The position numbers were made by a program, and so were the translations under genes. A stretch of 64,000 nt of DNA from Patescibacteria group bacterium. Its GTDB lineage: Bacteria > Patescibacteriota > Patescibacteriia > UBA9934. Positions 47,269 to 58,755 of this stretch are shown here, piece after piece. Below the pieces are notes generated by a model. The model saw nothing but the letters and a program-made list of their open reading frames with translations. It was not told the origin of the DNA and did not search any database. Location of the stretch: the NCBI GenBank assembly GCA_018062825.1, contig JAGORL010000002.1, positions 65,629-129,628 on the forward strand. Direction: 5' to 3'. The first letter of the stretch is position 1. Every line of letters begins with the position of its first letter.

Positions 47269-47922
47269 ATGCGATCATTATCAAATATTGGAATACTGAT
47301 CACACTCATCGCACTCACAGGATTTGGTTGCGCAAAAAATGAAGCAAGCCCTGCTCCAGATACTACAGATGACGCAGAAAACTTCGTACTTCTTGAAAAT
47401 GGCGCCTATCAAGCTAACACCGAGGAAAGCGTCATTACTTGGTCAGGGAAGAAGGCGATCATGCCAGCACACACCGGTAAAGTGAGCATCAACTTTGCCG
47501 ACCTCATGATCGAAGAGTATCAACCGGTCGCTGGCAGTGTTGTAATCAACATGCAGTCAATAACAAGTGATGAAGAACTTGTACTCCTTGAAGAGCACCT
47601 GAAGAATGATGACTTCTTTGCGGTGGAAACCTATCCAACCGCCACGTTCACCGTAACAAACCTCGGTACCATCTCTCCCCCAACGTCAAACTACGTGGCC
47701 ACCGGCATCATGAAAATTCGTGACATAGAAAAGGAAATAAGTTTTCCGATCAAAATAACGCAAGAAGAAGATGGCAACATCCGTGTCACGGGAATAATCA
47801 TCATTGATCGAACAGATTTCGATATTCGCTACAACTCGAGTAGCTTCTTTGAAAATCTTGGCGATGCCTTGATCGAGAATAACTTCACGCTCACGCTCGA
47901 CCTCCTCTTCGAAAAAATGTAG
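47269..47922 (+). CDS. YceI-like family lipoprotein
   Basis: Lipobox LTGFGCAKN. TWSGKKAIMPAHTGKVSI...ETYPTATFTVT is the YceI-like beta-barrel signature. Confidence 0.55.
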   Translation: MRSLSNIGILITLIALTGFGCAKNEASPAPDTTDDAENFVLLENGAYQANTEESVITWSGKKAIMPAHTGKVSINFADLMIEEYQPVAGSVVINMQSITSDEELVLLEEHLKNDDFFAVETYPTATFTVTNLGTISPPTSNYVATGIMKIRDIEKEISFPIKITQEEDGNIRVTGIIIIDRTDFDIRYNSSSFFENLGDALIENNFTLTLDLLFEKM

Positions 47923-47927
47923 TGAAC

Positions 47928-47958
47928 AAAAAACGAGCTATACAGCTCGTTTTTTTAT
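47928..47958. terminator. Rho-independent terminator (bidirectional; also ends the atp operon)
   Basis: acgagct-atac-agctcgt followed by TTTTTTT. Confidence 0.75.
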
Positions 47959-48387
47959 TTACGTATTCTTACCTTCCGCAAGCTCTCCCTCAAGCGCGAT
48001 ACGTTCGTCTTCCAAAAACTTTACCTGAAGTGCGGATAAACTCTCGCCCTTTGCAAGCAGGCCAAGAATCTTATCACGATATTGCTGCAAAGTAACGTAA
48101 TTAACTTCATCCTCTTTGGTACAAGAAAATACCGAAACAAGAACCGATTCTCCACCCGGAGCAATCGTCACAAAGCCGTTACGCACCCGATATTTCTCCT
48201 CATGCTCATTAGTGCCAAGAACAACTTTGCTGGAAGCAATGGTGCCAACAAGCGCTACGTGACCAGGAAGAATCTGTGTTTCGCCTTCAGTTGTTGAAAG
48301 CGTCACAAAAGTCGCCTGCACATCGCAATGCTCTTTATCTGGAGTCTGAATGCGCACGCGCATTGTTTGGGGCAAAGAAGCCGCCAT
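47959..48387 (-). CDS. atpC: F0F1 ATP synthase subunit epsilon
   Basis: MRVRIQTPDKEHCDVQATFVTLSTTEGETQILPGHVALVG... is typical AtpC. Last gene of the atp operon. Confidence 0.75.
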   Translation of the reverse strand: MAASLPQTMRVRIQTPDKEHCDVQATFVTLSTTEGETQILPGHVALVGTIASSKVVLGTNEHEEKYRVRNGFVTIAPGGESVLVSVFSCTKEDEVNYVTLQQYRDKILGLLAKGESLSALQVKFLEDERIALEGELAEGKNT

Positions 48388-48395
48388 AAAAACTC

Positions 48396-50700
<2,305 letters not shown>

Positions 50701-50709
50701 AAAAAGTTT

Positions 50710-52218
50710 TTAGACCTGTACTAAAGCCGAAACCGCTTCTTCAAGACCCTTCTGCACCTCTTCGCTCATCTCACGCTTTGTTTCAATAAGCGTTACTAGC
50801 TCAGGGCGAGACGCCTCAATACGGCTAAGAAGTGAAGTAAGTGTAGCTACAACGTCCTTAGCAGGTACGTTATCAAGGTAACCCTTAGTAGCGGCAAACA
50901 AGAGAACTACCTCTTGCCACAACTTATATGGAGCATTCTGCTTCTGCTTCATGGCTTCAACAACGCGCTCTCCACGGGTGAGCTGCTGTTTTGTTGCTGG
51001 ATCAAGTTCGCTACTAAACTGCGTAAACGCTGCAAGCTCATAGAACTGCGCCAAATCAAGCTTCGCACTACCTGAAGCCTTCTTCATGACCTTAGTTTGT
51101 GCCGCACCGCCTACACGTGAAACGGAAATACCGATGTTAATCGCCGGGCGAATGCCACGGTTGAAAAGATCGGTCTCCAAGAAAATCTGACCGTCAGTAA
51201 TGGAGATAACGTTCGTTGGAATGTATGCTGAAACGTCATTGGCTTGCGTTTCAATAATAGGAAGCGCCGTAAGCGATCCACCGCCATTCTCTTTGCTCAA
51301 CTTTGCCGCACGCTCTAAAAGACGGGAATGCAAATAGAAAACATCTCCAGGATACGCTTCACGTCCTGGTGGGCGACGAAGAAGAAGGGACATTTCACGG
51401 TACGCAACAGCGTGCTTAGAAAGATCATCATAAACAATAAGCGCGTGCTTGCCTTTGTTCATGAAGTATTCACCAATAGCGGCACCCGCGTATGGCGCAA
51501 GATACTGCATAACAGCCGGAGAGGATGCACCAGCTGAAACAACTACCGTGTAATCCATAGCGCCACGCTCCTGAAGAACGCGCACGACGTTTGCGGTCTT
51601 CGCTTCACGCTGACCAACGGCCACATAAATACAGACAACATCCTTACCCTTCTGGTTCAAGATTGCATCAAGCGCTACCGTTGTTTTTCCTGTCTGACGA
51701 TCACCAATAATAAGCTCACGCTGACCACGACCAACCGGGATCATGGAATCGATCGCTAAAATTCCGGTCTCAAGCGGCTCAGAAACCGGCTCGCGTGTCA
51801 TAACTCCCGGCGCAATGCGCTCAAGAAGCATGAATTCACCACCCTTAAGCGGAGCGCCGCCATCAATCGGCGTGCCAAGCGCGTCAACAACGCGACCTAA
51901 AATCTTTTCATCAGCAAACAAGCCAAGGAACTTACCGCCTGCAGTTACCGCCTGACCCTCCTTCACCTCTGCGCCGCTAGAAAGCAAAATCGCGTAAGAG
52001 TTGCGGCGATCAAGCTGCATCACAAGCGCCTCAGCACCAGAACCCTCAACCTGCACCACCTCACCCATGTGCACGCCATCAAGACCGTAAATATGTAAAA
52101 TACCGTCCTTCACGGAACGAATCACACCAGCTGCTGCGCCTTCTGTCTTCTTAGCGTCAACGCTCGCGAGCGCCGTATCAAAGCGTGAAAATAATTCTTG
52201 AAATGTTGTTTTGTCCAT
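50710..52218 (-). CDS. atpA: F0F1 ATP synthase subunit alpha
   Basis: Walker A GDRQTGKT. About 500 aa with typical alpha blocks. Start at the internal MDKTTF. Confidence 0.9.
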   Translation of the reverse strand: MDKTTFQELFSRFDTALASVDAKKTEGAAAGVIRSVKDGILHIYGLDGVHMGEVVQVEGSGAEALVMQLDRRNSYAILLSSGAEVKEGQAVTAGGKFLGLFADEKILGRVVDALGTPIDGGAPLKGGEFMLLERIAPGVMTREPVSEPLETGILAIDSMIPVGRGQRELIIGDRQTGKTTVALDAILNQKGKDVVCIYVAVGQREAKTANVVRVLQERGAMDYTVVVSAGASSPAVMQYLAPYAGAAIGEYFMNKGKHALIVYDDLSKHAVAYREMSLLLRRPPGREAYPGDVFYLHSRLLERAAKLSKENGGGSLTALPIIETQANDVSAYIPTNVISITDGQIFLETDLFNRGIRPAINIGISVSRVGGAAQTKVMKKASGSAKLDLAQFYELAAFTQFSSELDPATKQQLTRGERVVEAMKQKQNAPYKLWQEVVLLFAATKGYLDNVPAKDVVATLTSLLSRIEASRPELVTLIETKREMSEEVQKGLEEAVSALVQV

Positions 52219-52228
52219 ACGATTGTTA

Positions 52229-52915
52229 TCAGGAGAAAAGGCGATTGAGCGTTGCGCGCCATGACACATCTACAAGCTTCCCGTCGTGAAAAAGTCGACC
52301 ACCACCCAAAAGCCCTTGCTGTACCGTCACCTGCACAAGCGATCCATCAAGCCTACGAGCAAGTTCAGTGCGAAGTGCTAATTCCTCTTCAAGAGGCAGC
52401 GGCATCGCAACCTGCACCTCCGCCGCTCGCTCACCGGTCTTAGCACCAATAAATTCAGCGGCCTCACGGTAAAGTACTCGGCACAATTGCTTGGTTGAGG
52501 CATCGTGCGCTGAGAAGACACGTGACGTATAGGCGCCAAGAACGCCACGCGCACCCTTGCAGAAACTTCCCGGAGCCAAGCTTGGCATCACTTCTCGAAG
52601 AAATGACTCAAATGCCTGGAGAAACAAAGAGCCCTGCGGCGCCTGCCCGTGCTGCGCTTCATGAATCTGAGCCTCGCGGGCAACGAGCGTCACAAGCGGC
52701 TTACCGCCAGCAAGAAATGTGGCGGCCTTTGCAAGCTCAGCGTACGCCTCACTCGCCGGAGTCTGCACAAAGTAATCTTGTAACGCCTGTGGATATGCGC
52801 CTAAACGCTCTGCAACAAGTTCGCCACGACGTTTAGCAGGTTGCTCAAAAAAATCTACCTCTTTTTGAAGCATGATGCCATCGCTCACAATCGCAGCGTA
52901 CAGGTCGGTAAGCAT
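52229..52915 (-). CDS. atpH: F0F1 ATP synthase subunit delta (extended)
   Basis: Position between atpF and atpA. OSCP-like C-terminal region. Confidence 0.6.
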   Translation of the reverse strand: MLTDLYAAIVSDGIMLQKEVDFFEQPAKRRGELVAERLGAYPQALQDYFVQTPASEAYAELAKAATFLAGGKPLVTLVAREAQIHEAQHGQAPQGSLFLQAFESFLREVMPSLAPGSFCKGARGVLGAYTSRVFSAHDASTKQLCRVLYREAAEFIGAKTGERAAEVQVAMPLPLEEELALRTELARRLDGSLVQVTVQQGLLGGGRLFHDGKLVDVSWRATLNRLFS

Positions 52916-52917
52916 AC

Positions 52918-53418
52918 TTAAGCCTTAGCCGCCTCTTTCCAGGCGTCACGAACACTTTCCTGAACAACCTCGGCCGGAACGCGATCCCGAAGAACGGTAG
53001 TAACGACATTCTTCATAGTACGAAGCATGTCAGCCTCCAAATCCTTCTTAACAGCGGTCTTCATGGCCTCAATCTGCTGCTGAGTCTCTGCAAGGAGCTT
53101 GGCTTTACGCTCCTCAGCCTCAGCAAGAAGCTGCTTTGCCTGCGCGTCTGCAGCAATCTTTGCATGCGCAAGCTCAGCCTCAAGTCGAGCTACATGCGCG
53201 GCAGTGTCTGCCTTCTGCTGAGCCGCTTCTTTCTCAAAATCCGTACGCAACTTTTCTGAAGCCTCAACATTGGAAGCAATGAATAGCCGGCGATCATCGA
53301 TCGCCTTCATGAGTGGTCGATACAAGAAACGCGTAAGAACGGCCAAAAGAACGCCGAAGTTAACGACGTATAGAAGTATTCCCCACCAATCAATGCCAAG
53401 TTTTGCTAAGGCGTCCAT
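52918..53418 (-). CDS. atpF: F0F1 ATP synthase subunit b
   Basis: Single N-terminal TM helix and a long Ala/Glu/Lys-rich coiled-coil. Start at the internal MDALAKLGIDWW. Confidence 0.7.
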   Translation of the reverse strand: MDALAKLGIDWWGILLYVVNFGVLLAVLTRFLYRPLMKAIDDRRLFIASNVEASEKLRTDFEKEAAQQKADTAAHVARLEAELAHAKIAADAQAKQLLAEAEERKAKLLAETQQQIEAMKTAVKKDLEADMLRTMKNVVTTVLRDRVPAEVVQESVRDAWKEAAKA

Positions 53419-53438
53419 ACAGGGGAAGGAAAGGAAAA

Positions 53439-53669
53439 CTAAACCGCGAAAAGGATGATGAGTGAGATAACAAGTGCGTAGATACCAGTCGACTCGCAAA
53501 TAGCCATGGCAACAATCATGTTTGGAATGATCTTGTCAGCAATAGATGGATTGCGACCGATCGCCTCCATAGTCTTTGCTGCAACCATACCTTCACCAAG
53601 CGCTGGACCGATAGCGCCCAAACCCATACAAAGACCTGCTGCGAGTACCTTCATTGCAATTGGATCCAT
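53439..53669 (-). CDS. atpE: F0F1 ATP synthase subunit c
   Basis: 76-aa hairpin proteolipid GLGAIGPALGEG ... ICESTGIYALVISLIILF. Confidence 0.85.
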   Translation of the reverse strand: MDPIAMKVLAAGLCMGLGAIGPALGEGMVAAKTMEAIGRNPSIADKIIPNMIVAMAICESTGIYALVISLIILFAV

Positions 53670-53707
53670 ACAATAAAATTAATTGATGTAATTAAGCTCT
53701 ACCTTGA

Positions 53708-54499
53708 TCAGGCAGTCGCTTCCACCGCCTGACGATGCGCCCTGGCGGAAGAAACGGTGCCCGCCATAAACTGCATAGTCAAGAGCATGAAAACAAACGC
53801 CTGAACAAAGCCAGAGAAAATGCCGAGCGCCAAAAACGGAATCGGTACAAGAAAAGAGGTGTAGACAGATAAAGAAACAATAACCGCAACCATGACGTTA
53901 CCGGCAAACATATTGCCAAATAAACGACAGGCTAATGAAATCACCTTGGAAAATTCACCAATGATATCCATTATTCCTAAAAAGAAACCGATAGCTGCAT
54001 TAAAAAAGTCAGAAAAACTGCGTACCTTGAAAAACGGAGCGATCTTAATAAAATTACCAATGTGTCCCAGTGGAGCAATGGACAATGCGAGTACGTGAGA
54101 TAGAACAACCATGATGAGTGCCAACGCAAGCGTTGCGCTTAAATCCGAGGTTGGTAAACGAAGAAGCAGCGTGCCCTCATATGTCACGGAGGTGACAAGG
54201 GGAACAAGAGTGAATTGATTAGCAATCGTCACAAAAAGCAGTATCGTTGCAAAAAGTGGAAAAAACTTTCTCGCGTCGTTCTTATCTCCAAATGCCGACT
54301 CAAGCTGACTTAAAACAACATCTGCAACCGCCTCAAAAACAACCTGGACTCGCGTCGGAACAATAGAGAATCGACGAGCAACAGCAAAAGAAAATACACC
54401 AAAGACAACCGTGATTAAAAGTGCATTAAGAAATGCATCGGTTACCGGAACCGGTCCTAAGTAAAAAAATGGCTCTGCCGGAATAGAAACATTCAGCAT
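53708..54499 (-). CDS. atpB: F0F1 ATP synthase subunit a
   Basis: Polytopic. Conserved LACRLFGNMFAGNVM region (the essential Arg of subunit a). Confidence 0.85.
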   Translation of the reverse strand: MLNVSIPAEPFFYLGPVPVTDAFLNALLITVVFGVFSFAVARRFSIVPTRVQVVFEAVADVVLSQLESAFGDKNDARKFFPLFATILLFVTIANQFTLVPLVTSVTYEGTLLLRLPTSDLSATLALALIMVVLSHVLALSIAPLGHIGNFIKIAPFFKVRSFSDFFNAAIGFFLGIMDIIGEFSKVISLACRLFGNMFAGNVMVAVIVSLSVYTSFLVPIPFLALGIFSGFVQAFVFMLLTMQFMAGTVSSARAHRQAVEATA

Positions 54500-54500
54500 A

Positions 54501-54764
54501 CTATTTTACTCGCAACTGACGAACAATCGCCAATTGCACCAAAGGAAATGAAAGGATCACGCCGATAATCAGAAATAACGGACGAGTCTCAAATTGCCAA
54601 TCTAAGATGTATCCAATTCCTCCCAACAAACCAACACCCAAAACGGTTATCCCAAAAACAACGGCTCGATGCTTCAAGGTAACAAACTTAATTGGGCGCT
54701 GCGTATCCATAAAAAGACGGCCCGATGATACACCCACAAAGAACAAGTTGCAAGAATGGAACAA
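54501..54764 (-). CDS. AtpZ/AtpI-like small membrane protein
   Basis: Two TM helices, 87 aa. First gene of the atp operon. Confidence 0.45.
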   Translation of the reverse strand: MFHSCNLFFVGVSSGRLFMDTQRPIKFVTLKHRAVVFGITVLGVGLLGGIGYILDWQFETRPLFLIIGVILSFPLVQLAIVRQLRVK

Positions 54765-54784
54765 AACCTCGGTGCATATGTTCT

Positions 54785-54915
54785 CTACTCCCTATTCTCC
54801 AGCCCCAACGTAGTCCGGTCCTACCGGACGAAGTGGGCCTATCATCAATCCCAACGAAGTCCGCAAGGACGAAGTGGGCCTATACCCTATAACCTATTCC
54901 CTAATCCCTAATCTC
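54785..54915. repeat. Intergenic repeat element, copy B (tandem: one full core plus one degenerate core, with a CCCTA-rich tail including CCCTAATCCCTAA)
   Basis: ctactccctattctcc-agCCCCAACGTAGTCCGGTCCTACCGGACGAAGTGGGCCTATcatcaatCCCAACGAAGTCCGCAAGGACGAAGTGGGCCTATaccctataacctattccctaatccctaatctcc. Confidence 0.8.
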
Positions 54916-54936
54916 CTGCTACCATACCCACCGCCC

Positions 54937-55012
54937 GCCGAAATAGCTCAGCTGGTAGAGCAACGGTTTTGTAAACCGTAGGTCACGGGTTCGAATCCCG
55001 TTTTCGGCTCCA
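54937..55012 (+). tRNA. tRNA-Thr (anticodon TGT)
   Basis: GCCGAAA-TA-GCTC-AGCTGGTA-GAGC-A-ACGGT-TTTGTAA-ACCGT-AGGTC-ACGGG-TTCGAAT-CCCGT-TTTCGGC-T-CCA. Confidence 0.85.
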
Positions 55013-55015
55013 GAA

Positions 55016-55046
55016 AGCCCCTATGCCAAAAGCATGGGGTTTTTCT
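55016..55046 (+). terminator. Rho-independent terminator after tRNA-Thr(TGT)
   Basis: cccc(t)atgc-caaaa-gcatgggg followed by TTTTT. Confidence 0.6.
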
Positions 55047-55084
55047 TTTAAAAGAAAAACGACCTCGTAAAGAGATCGTCTTTC

Positions 55085-55160
55085 TGGAGCCACAGACCAG
55101 GATTGAACTGGTGACCTCGTCCTTACCATGGACGCGCTCTACCAACTGAGCTACTGCGGC
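55085..55160 (-). tRNA. tRNA-Thr (anticodon GGT)
   Basis: Minus strand: GCCGCAG-TA-GCTC-AGTTGGTA-GAGC-G-CGTCC-ATGGTAA-GGACG-AGGTC-ACCAG-TTCAATC-CTGGT-CTGTGGC-T-CCA. Confidence 0.8.
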
Positions 55161-55374
55161 ACATAAAGTCTGCTACATTTGTCCAGCTTCGGCGTCGTTC
55201 ATTCCGTCGGCCTCTATGTACTTATCCAGTACATTTCGGCCTTACTCATTCACTCCTTGAATCTGACCAAATGTAGCAAACTTTATCGTAAACATTTGAG
55301 AGTAGCGCTCACCAGCAAAACGCATAGTAACGGAAACCTTCTAAAATTTGCTTTAGCAGGAAACCATGTAACGT

Positions 55375-55498
55375 CGGATACCTTCTAAAATGTTTCAGGG
55401 CTAGGAGTGAAGGTGCGCAGGATGAGGCGTACCGGAGGTACGACGAATCCGAGCACACCGAAACGACAACGCCCTGGAATATTTTAGAAGGTATCCGG
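55375..55498. repeat. Long inverted repeat (about 27-bp arms, about 69-bp spacer) directly abutting the 3' end of tRNA-Tyr, with a third partial copy of the arm motif at 55332..55351
   Basis: Left arm cggataccttctaaaatgtttcagggc (55375..55401). Right arm gccctggaatattttagaaggtatccgg (55471..55498). ACCTTCTAAAAT occurs three times. Confidence 0.7.
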
Positions 55499-55584
55499 TG
55501 GTGGGTCGAGAAGGACTCGAACCTTCGAAGGCAATTGCCAGCAGATTTACAGTCTGCCCCGTTTGACCGCTTCGGTACCGACCC
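55499..55584 (-). tRNA. tRNA-Tyr (anticodon GTA), long variable arm
   Basis: Minus strand: GGGTCGG-TA-CCG-AAGCGGTCAAA-CGG-GG-CAGAC-TGTAAAT-CTGCT-GGCAATTGCCTTC-GAAGG-TTCGAGT-CCTTC-TCGACCC-A-CCA. Confidence 0.8.
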
Positions 55585-55647
55585 CCACATAGGAACCGCC
55601 CGTATTGTGCCGAATATTGGAAGATATGGCAAGCATCCCCCGAGGAT

Positions 55648-55676
55648 ATTGACAACTTTCTTATTTCACTCTAAGA
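55648..55676 (+). promoter_or_regulatory. Putative sigma-70 promoter for rpmG (-35 TTGACA, 17-bp spacer, -10 TAAGAT)
   Basis: Seen directly upstream of the L33 gene. Confidence 0.4.
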
Positions 55677-55698
55677 TTCGCACAGTTTTTATCGCCAT

Positions 55699-55853
55699 AT
55701 GTCCCAAGAAACATTGATCAAATTGGAGTGCGTTAAGTGCAAAACGTTGAACTACCGTTCTCAGAAGAACAAAAAGACCCTCAAGGAGCGTCTGGTTATC
55801 AACAAGCACTGCCCAGAGTGCAATGCGCACACTGAGCACAAAGAAACGAAGTA
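55699..55853 (+). CDS. rpmG: 50S ribosomal protein L33
   Basis: Manual translation MSQETLIKLECVKCKTLNYRSQKNKKTLKERLVINKHCPECNAHTEHKETK gives the L33 zinc-ribbon C..C...C..C pattern. Not in the ORF track (<60 aa). Confidence 0.85.
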
Positions 55854-55877
55854 GTTAAACTACTTCGTTTCTTTTTT
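55844..55877. terminator. Rho-independent terminator (overlaps the rpmG stop; bidirectional)
   Basis: aaacgaagtag-ttaaa-ctacttcgttt followed by CTTTTTT. Confidence 0.7.
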
Positions 55878-56663
55878 ACCTTTACGCAGCACATCAATCC
55901 GCTCCTCGAACGAGCTGATTTTTTTATTGTCTTCATTTACCTCACGAAGCTTATCAACAGCAAGCGTAGCTTCATGAACGTCTCCAGCCGCAATCGCCGC
56001 CTCAATATAGTAATCAAGATACTTGGGATTGTTCGGGCTCGTATCGCGTACTTTACCGAAAAAGGCTAAAGCCCCCTTAGCGTCCCCCTCCTCTTCCGCA
56101 ACCGTACCAAGACCTATGAGTACATCCGGATCATTTGGCGCCATCTTAAGGAGGAATCGGTACGCCTCTTTAGCGTTCGCGTACTGCTTCATTTCAAGAT
56201 ACAGATCAGCAATCGCAAGGTACGCATCGTGATGCTTTGGAGAAATGCTCAACACCTCAATAAGAAGTTTCTCAGCCGCCTGATATTCACCCACTTTCTG
56301 CTTAGCTTCAGCATCTTGTACCATCCGCTCAAGATCCTCTTTGCTTACCGACTGCGTACCCTCGCGCTGCAATGTCTTGTAGCGGCGCTCAGCAGCCGTC
56401 AGACGCGCCGCAACCGATCGCACGGAAGATTGTAGCGCCTGCCACACTGGAGACACGCGCGTAGCGACACCACGCACCTGCTCGCCACCCAGTCGCTCCA
56501 AGCGTCTGCGGAGCAGATCGCGCTTTCTGCGCTTGTCCTTTGCTTCCTGAGAGCTAGCCGGATCCACAAGACGCAGCTGCGGTACTTTGCGTATCGCAAC
56601 CACAAAAACCACAACAAGTGATAGGAAGGCTACGCTAAGTAATCCGATCGTTAGTGGCATCAT
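55860..56663 (-). CDS. TPR-repeat protein with N-terminal TM anchor
   Basis: N-terminal hydrophobic helix. Several TPR-like 34-residue repeats (AYLAIADLYLEMKQYANAKEAYRFLLKMAPNDP...). Confidence 0.55.
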   Translation of the reverse strand: MMPLTIGLLSVAFLSLVVVFVVAIRKVPQLRLVDPASSQEAKDKRRKRDLLRRRLERLGGEQVRGVATRVSPVWQALQSSVRSVAARLTAAERRYKTLQREGTQSVSKEDLERMVQDAEAKQKVGEYQAAEKLLIEVLSISPKHHDAYLAIADLYLEMKQYANAKEAYRFLLKMAPNDPDVLIGLGTVAEEEGDAKGALAFFGKVRDTSPNNPKYLDYYIEAAIAAGDVHEATLAVDKLREVNEDNKKISSFEERIDVLRKGKKETK

Positions 56664-57424
56664 ATATCTTTCTGCGCTGACATAACGTCACAAGCGGACG
56701 CTACAATGCCAGGAAATTCCTGTGGTTGAACGCTTGCGGAACCAACAAGGACGCCAGAAATTTGCGGCTCACGTAAATAACTATACACGTTCTGCGCATT
56801 CACCGAGCCACCATACAAAACCGGCACATCATCAAAACCAAGTTCAAGAAGAACTGCCGTAATATGCTCAATTATTTCAAGCGTATGCGGCACAGAGGCG
56901 CTAGTGCCAGTACCAATTGCAAAAATCGGCTCATACGCCACCAAAAAACGCTTACCACGAGGAACGGCAACCCCCTTCAATGCTCGGCGCACTTGTTCGC
57001 GCACATACTGAGCGCTCGCACTTCCCGCGCGAATCTCGGCCGGCTCGCCAACGCACAATACTGGCGTAATACCTACTTCAAAAGCTGCGGCAAAACGCTT
57101 TGGCAAAATAGCCTCATCCTCCCCCGCTTGCCTACGCTCCGAGTGCCCAATAATTGCATAAGTGACGCCAACATCCTGAAGCTGAGTACCACCAAGCTCA
57201 CCAGTATAAGCGCCCGCTTTACCAGGGCCAATATTCTGAGAACCAAGCTCAATACGCGTACGCGCTACAACCTTACGAACCTCGGAAAGCGCTGTTGCGC
57301 TTGGGCAAATAACAACAACCGGCACATCCTCTTTGCCTTGTAGTGAACGCAAAGCAACACGCGCCATGGCGATCGATTCACGAATACCTAAATTCATTTT
57401 CCAATTGCCGATAACGTACTTCAT
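56660..57424 (-). CDS. tpiA: Triose-phosphate isomerase
   Basis: IGNWKMN. IIGHSERR. AYEPIFAIGTG. GGSVNAQN. Confidence 0.9.
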   Translation of the reverse strand: MKYVIGNWKMNLGIRESIAMARVALRSLQGKEDVPVVVICPSATALSEVRKVVARTRIELGSQNIGPGKAGAYTGELGGTQLQDVGVTYAIIGHSERRQAGEDEAILPKRFAAAFEVGITPVLCVGEPAEIRAGSASAQYVREQVRRALKGVAVPRGKRFLVAYEPIFAIGTGTSASVPHTLEIIEHITAVLLELGFDDVPVLYGGSVNAQNVYSYLREPQISGVLVGSASVQPQEFPGIVASACDVMSAQKDI

Positions 57425-57447
57425 ATGATTTCGGCTACCTCACTTTC

Positions 57448-58743
57448 TTATTTTACCTTCTTTGCGGAGATAACATCTTTCGGGAAGTGCGCAAGTATCT
57501 CGGCGTCACTTGCGTACGGCCCAATCGCGGCAATAGAAAGCTTTGAAAAGTCTAAATACGCTTTAGCGACGCGCTGTACATCAGCTGCGGTCACCTTCAT
57601 AAGCTCCTGCAAGCGGTCCTCTGGTGACTCCGCCTTGCCACGGAACAAAAGCTGACGGGCGTAGAACTCAGCACGATCAGACGAATCCTCAAGACGAAGC
57701 GTCATAGAGCCATGCACATTCTCTTTAGCCATCTTCACTTCAGCGGCCGTAACGCCAGACTTACTAATACGCTTCAATTCATCAACGATCGTTTTCATAG
57801 CAAGCGTCATGCGCTTAGCATCAAGCCCAGCACGAACAGAGAAGAGACCGCAATCTTCATACTGATCCATGCCAGCGCGCACCGTGTAACACAAACCACG
57901 CTTTTCACGCACCTCGATGAATAAACGGGAGCTCATGGTTCCACCAAGAATAAGCCCCATCAAACGCAAAGCTGCCGAATCCTTATGTTCACGTCCTGGA
58001 ATTGGAAAACCGAGCGAAATCTGCGCCTGTTCAACCTCTTTCTTCTGACGGCGCACACGAATGCCTTGCTGCACCTTACCGTGATACGGAACCTGTACTC
58101 GCCCACCCTTGGAAGCCTTCACGGCTCCAAAACGCTTTTCAACAAGAGACGCTGTTTCTTTTGAATACGAACCCGCCAAAACAACAATCATATTGTCCGG
58201 CGTGTAATAACGATCGCGGTATGCAACAACGTCAGCACGCTTCATGTCCGTCATGCTCTTAGCTGTACCGGCAATATTTCGACCAAGTTCATGACCCTCA
58301 AAAACCGCCTCTTCTAAAAGATCCTCAAGGTGCATGATCGGATTCTCTTCATACATCTTAATCTCCTCAATGATCACGCCCTTCTCTTTACGCATTTCCG
58401 TAGCATCAAACTGCGAATGAAAAAGCATGTCTTCTAAAAGATCAACCGCTACCGGAATACGATCGCCAGCGATCTTTACGTAATACCCAGTTAAATCCTT
58501 ACCGGTGTAGGCATTGTATTCAGCACCATACTGATCAAGCTCCTTAGAAATATCGATCGTCTTTGGTCGCTTCTTGGTGCCTTTAAACATGAGGTGCTCA
58601 ATGAAATGCGAGCCGCCCCAAACCTTCATATCCTCATGGCGTGAGCCAATATGGAAAAGAACAAGCAGCGTTGCTGCATTCGTTCCTTTCATAGGTGCGT
58701 ACAAAACGCGCGCGCCATTTTTAAGCGTCGTTACCTGTGCCAT
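57448..58743 (-). CDS. M16 family (pitrilysin/insulinase-like) zinc peptidase
   Basis: Inverted zinc motif HFIEHLMFKGT (HxxEH). 431 aa. Confidence 0.8.
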   Translation of the reverse strand: MAQVTTLKNGARVLYAPMKGTNAATLLVLFHIGSRHEDMKVWGGSHFIEHLMFKGTKKRPKTIDISKELDQYGAEYNAYTGKDLTGYYVKIAGDRIPVAVDLLEDMLFHSQFDATEMRKEKGVIIEEIKMYEENPIMHLEDLLEEAVFEGHELGRNIAGTAKSMTDMKRADVVAYRDRYYTPDNMIVVLAGSYSKETASLVEKRFGAVKASKGGRVQVPYHGKVQQGIRVRRQKKEVEQAQISLGFPIPGREHKDSAALRLMGLILGGTMSSRLFIEVREKRGLCYTVRAGMDQYEDCGLFSVRAGLDAKRMTLAMKTIVDELKRISKSGVTAAEVKMAKENVHGSMTLRLEDSSDRAEFYARQLLFRGKAESPEDRLQELMKVTAADVQRVAKAYLDFSKLSIAAIGPYASDAEILAHFPKDVISAKKVK

Positions 58744-58755
58744 ACGACAGAAAAA

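Noticed and set aside
54765-54936. Possible CRISPR-like array because of short repeated units (CCCTAT/CCCTAA) near the tRNAs
   Set aside because: Units are 6-7 bp with no unique spacers of 25-40 bp. This is a pyrimidine-rich tail of the repeat element, not a CRISPR array. No cas genes in the window.
55161-55498. Candidate SRP RNA, RNase P RNA or tmRNA in the tRNA spacer
   Set aside because: None of the conserved motifs (SRP domain IV GGAAG-GCAGC, RNase P GGAAAGUCCGG, tmRNA tRNA-like ends with tag ORF) are present. Kept only as an unexplained inverted repeat.
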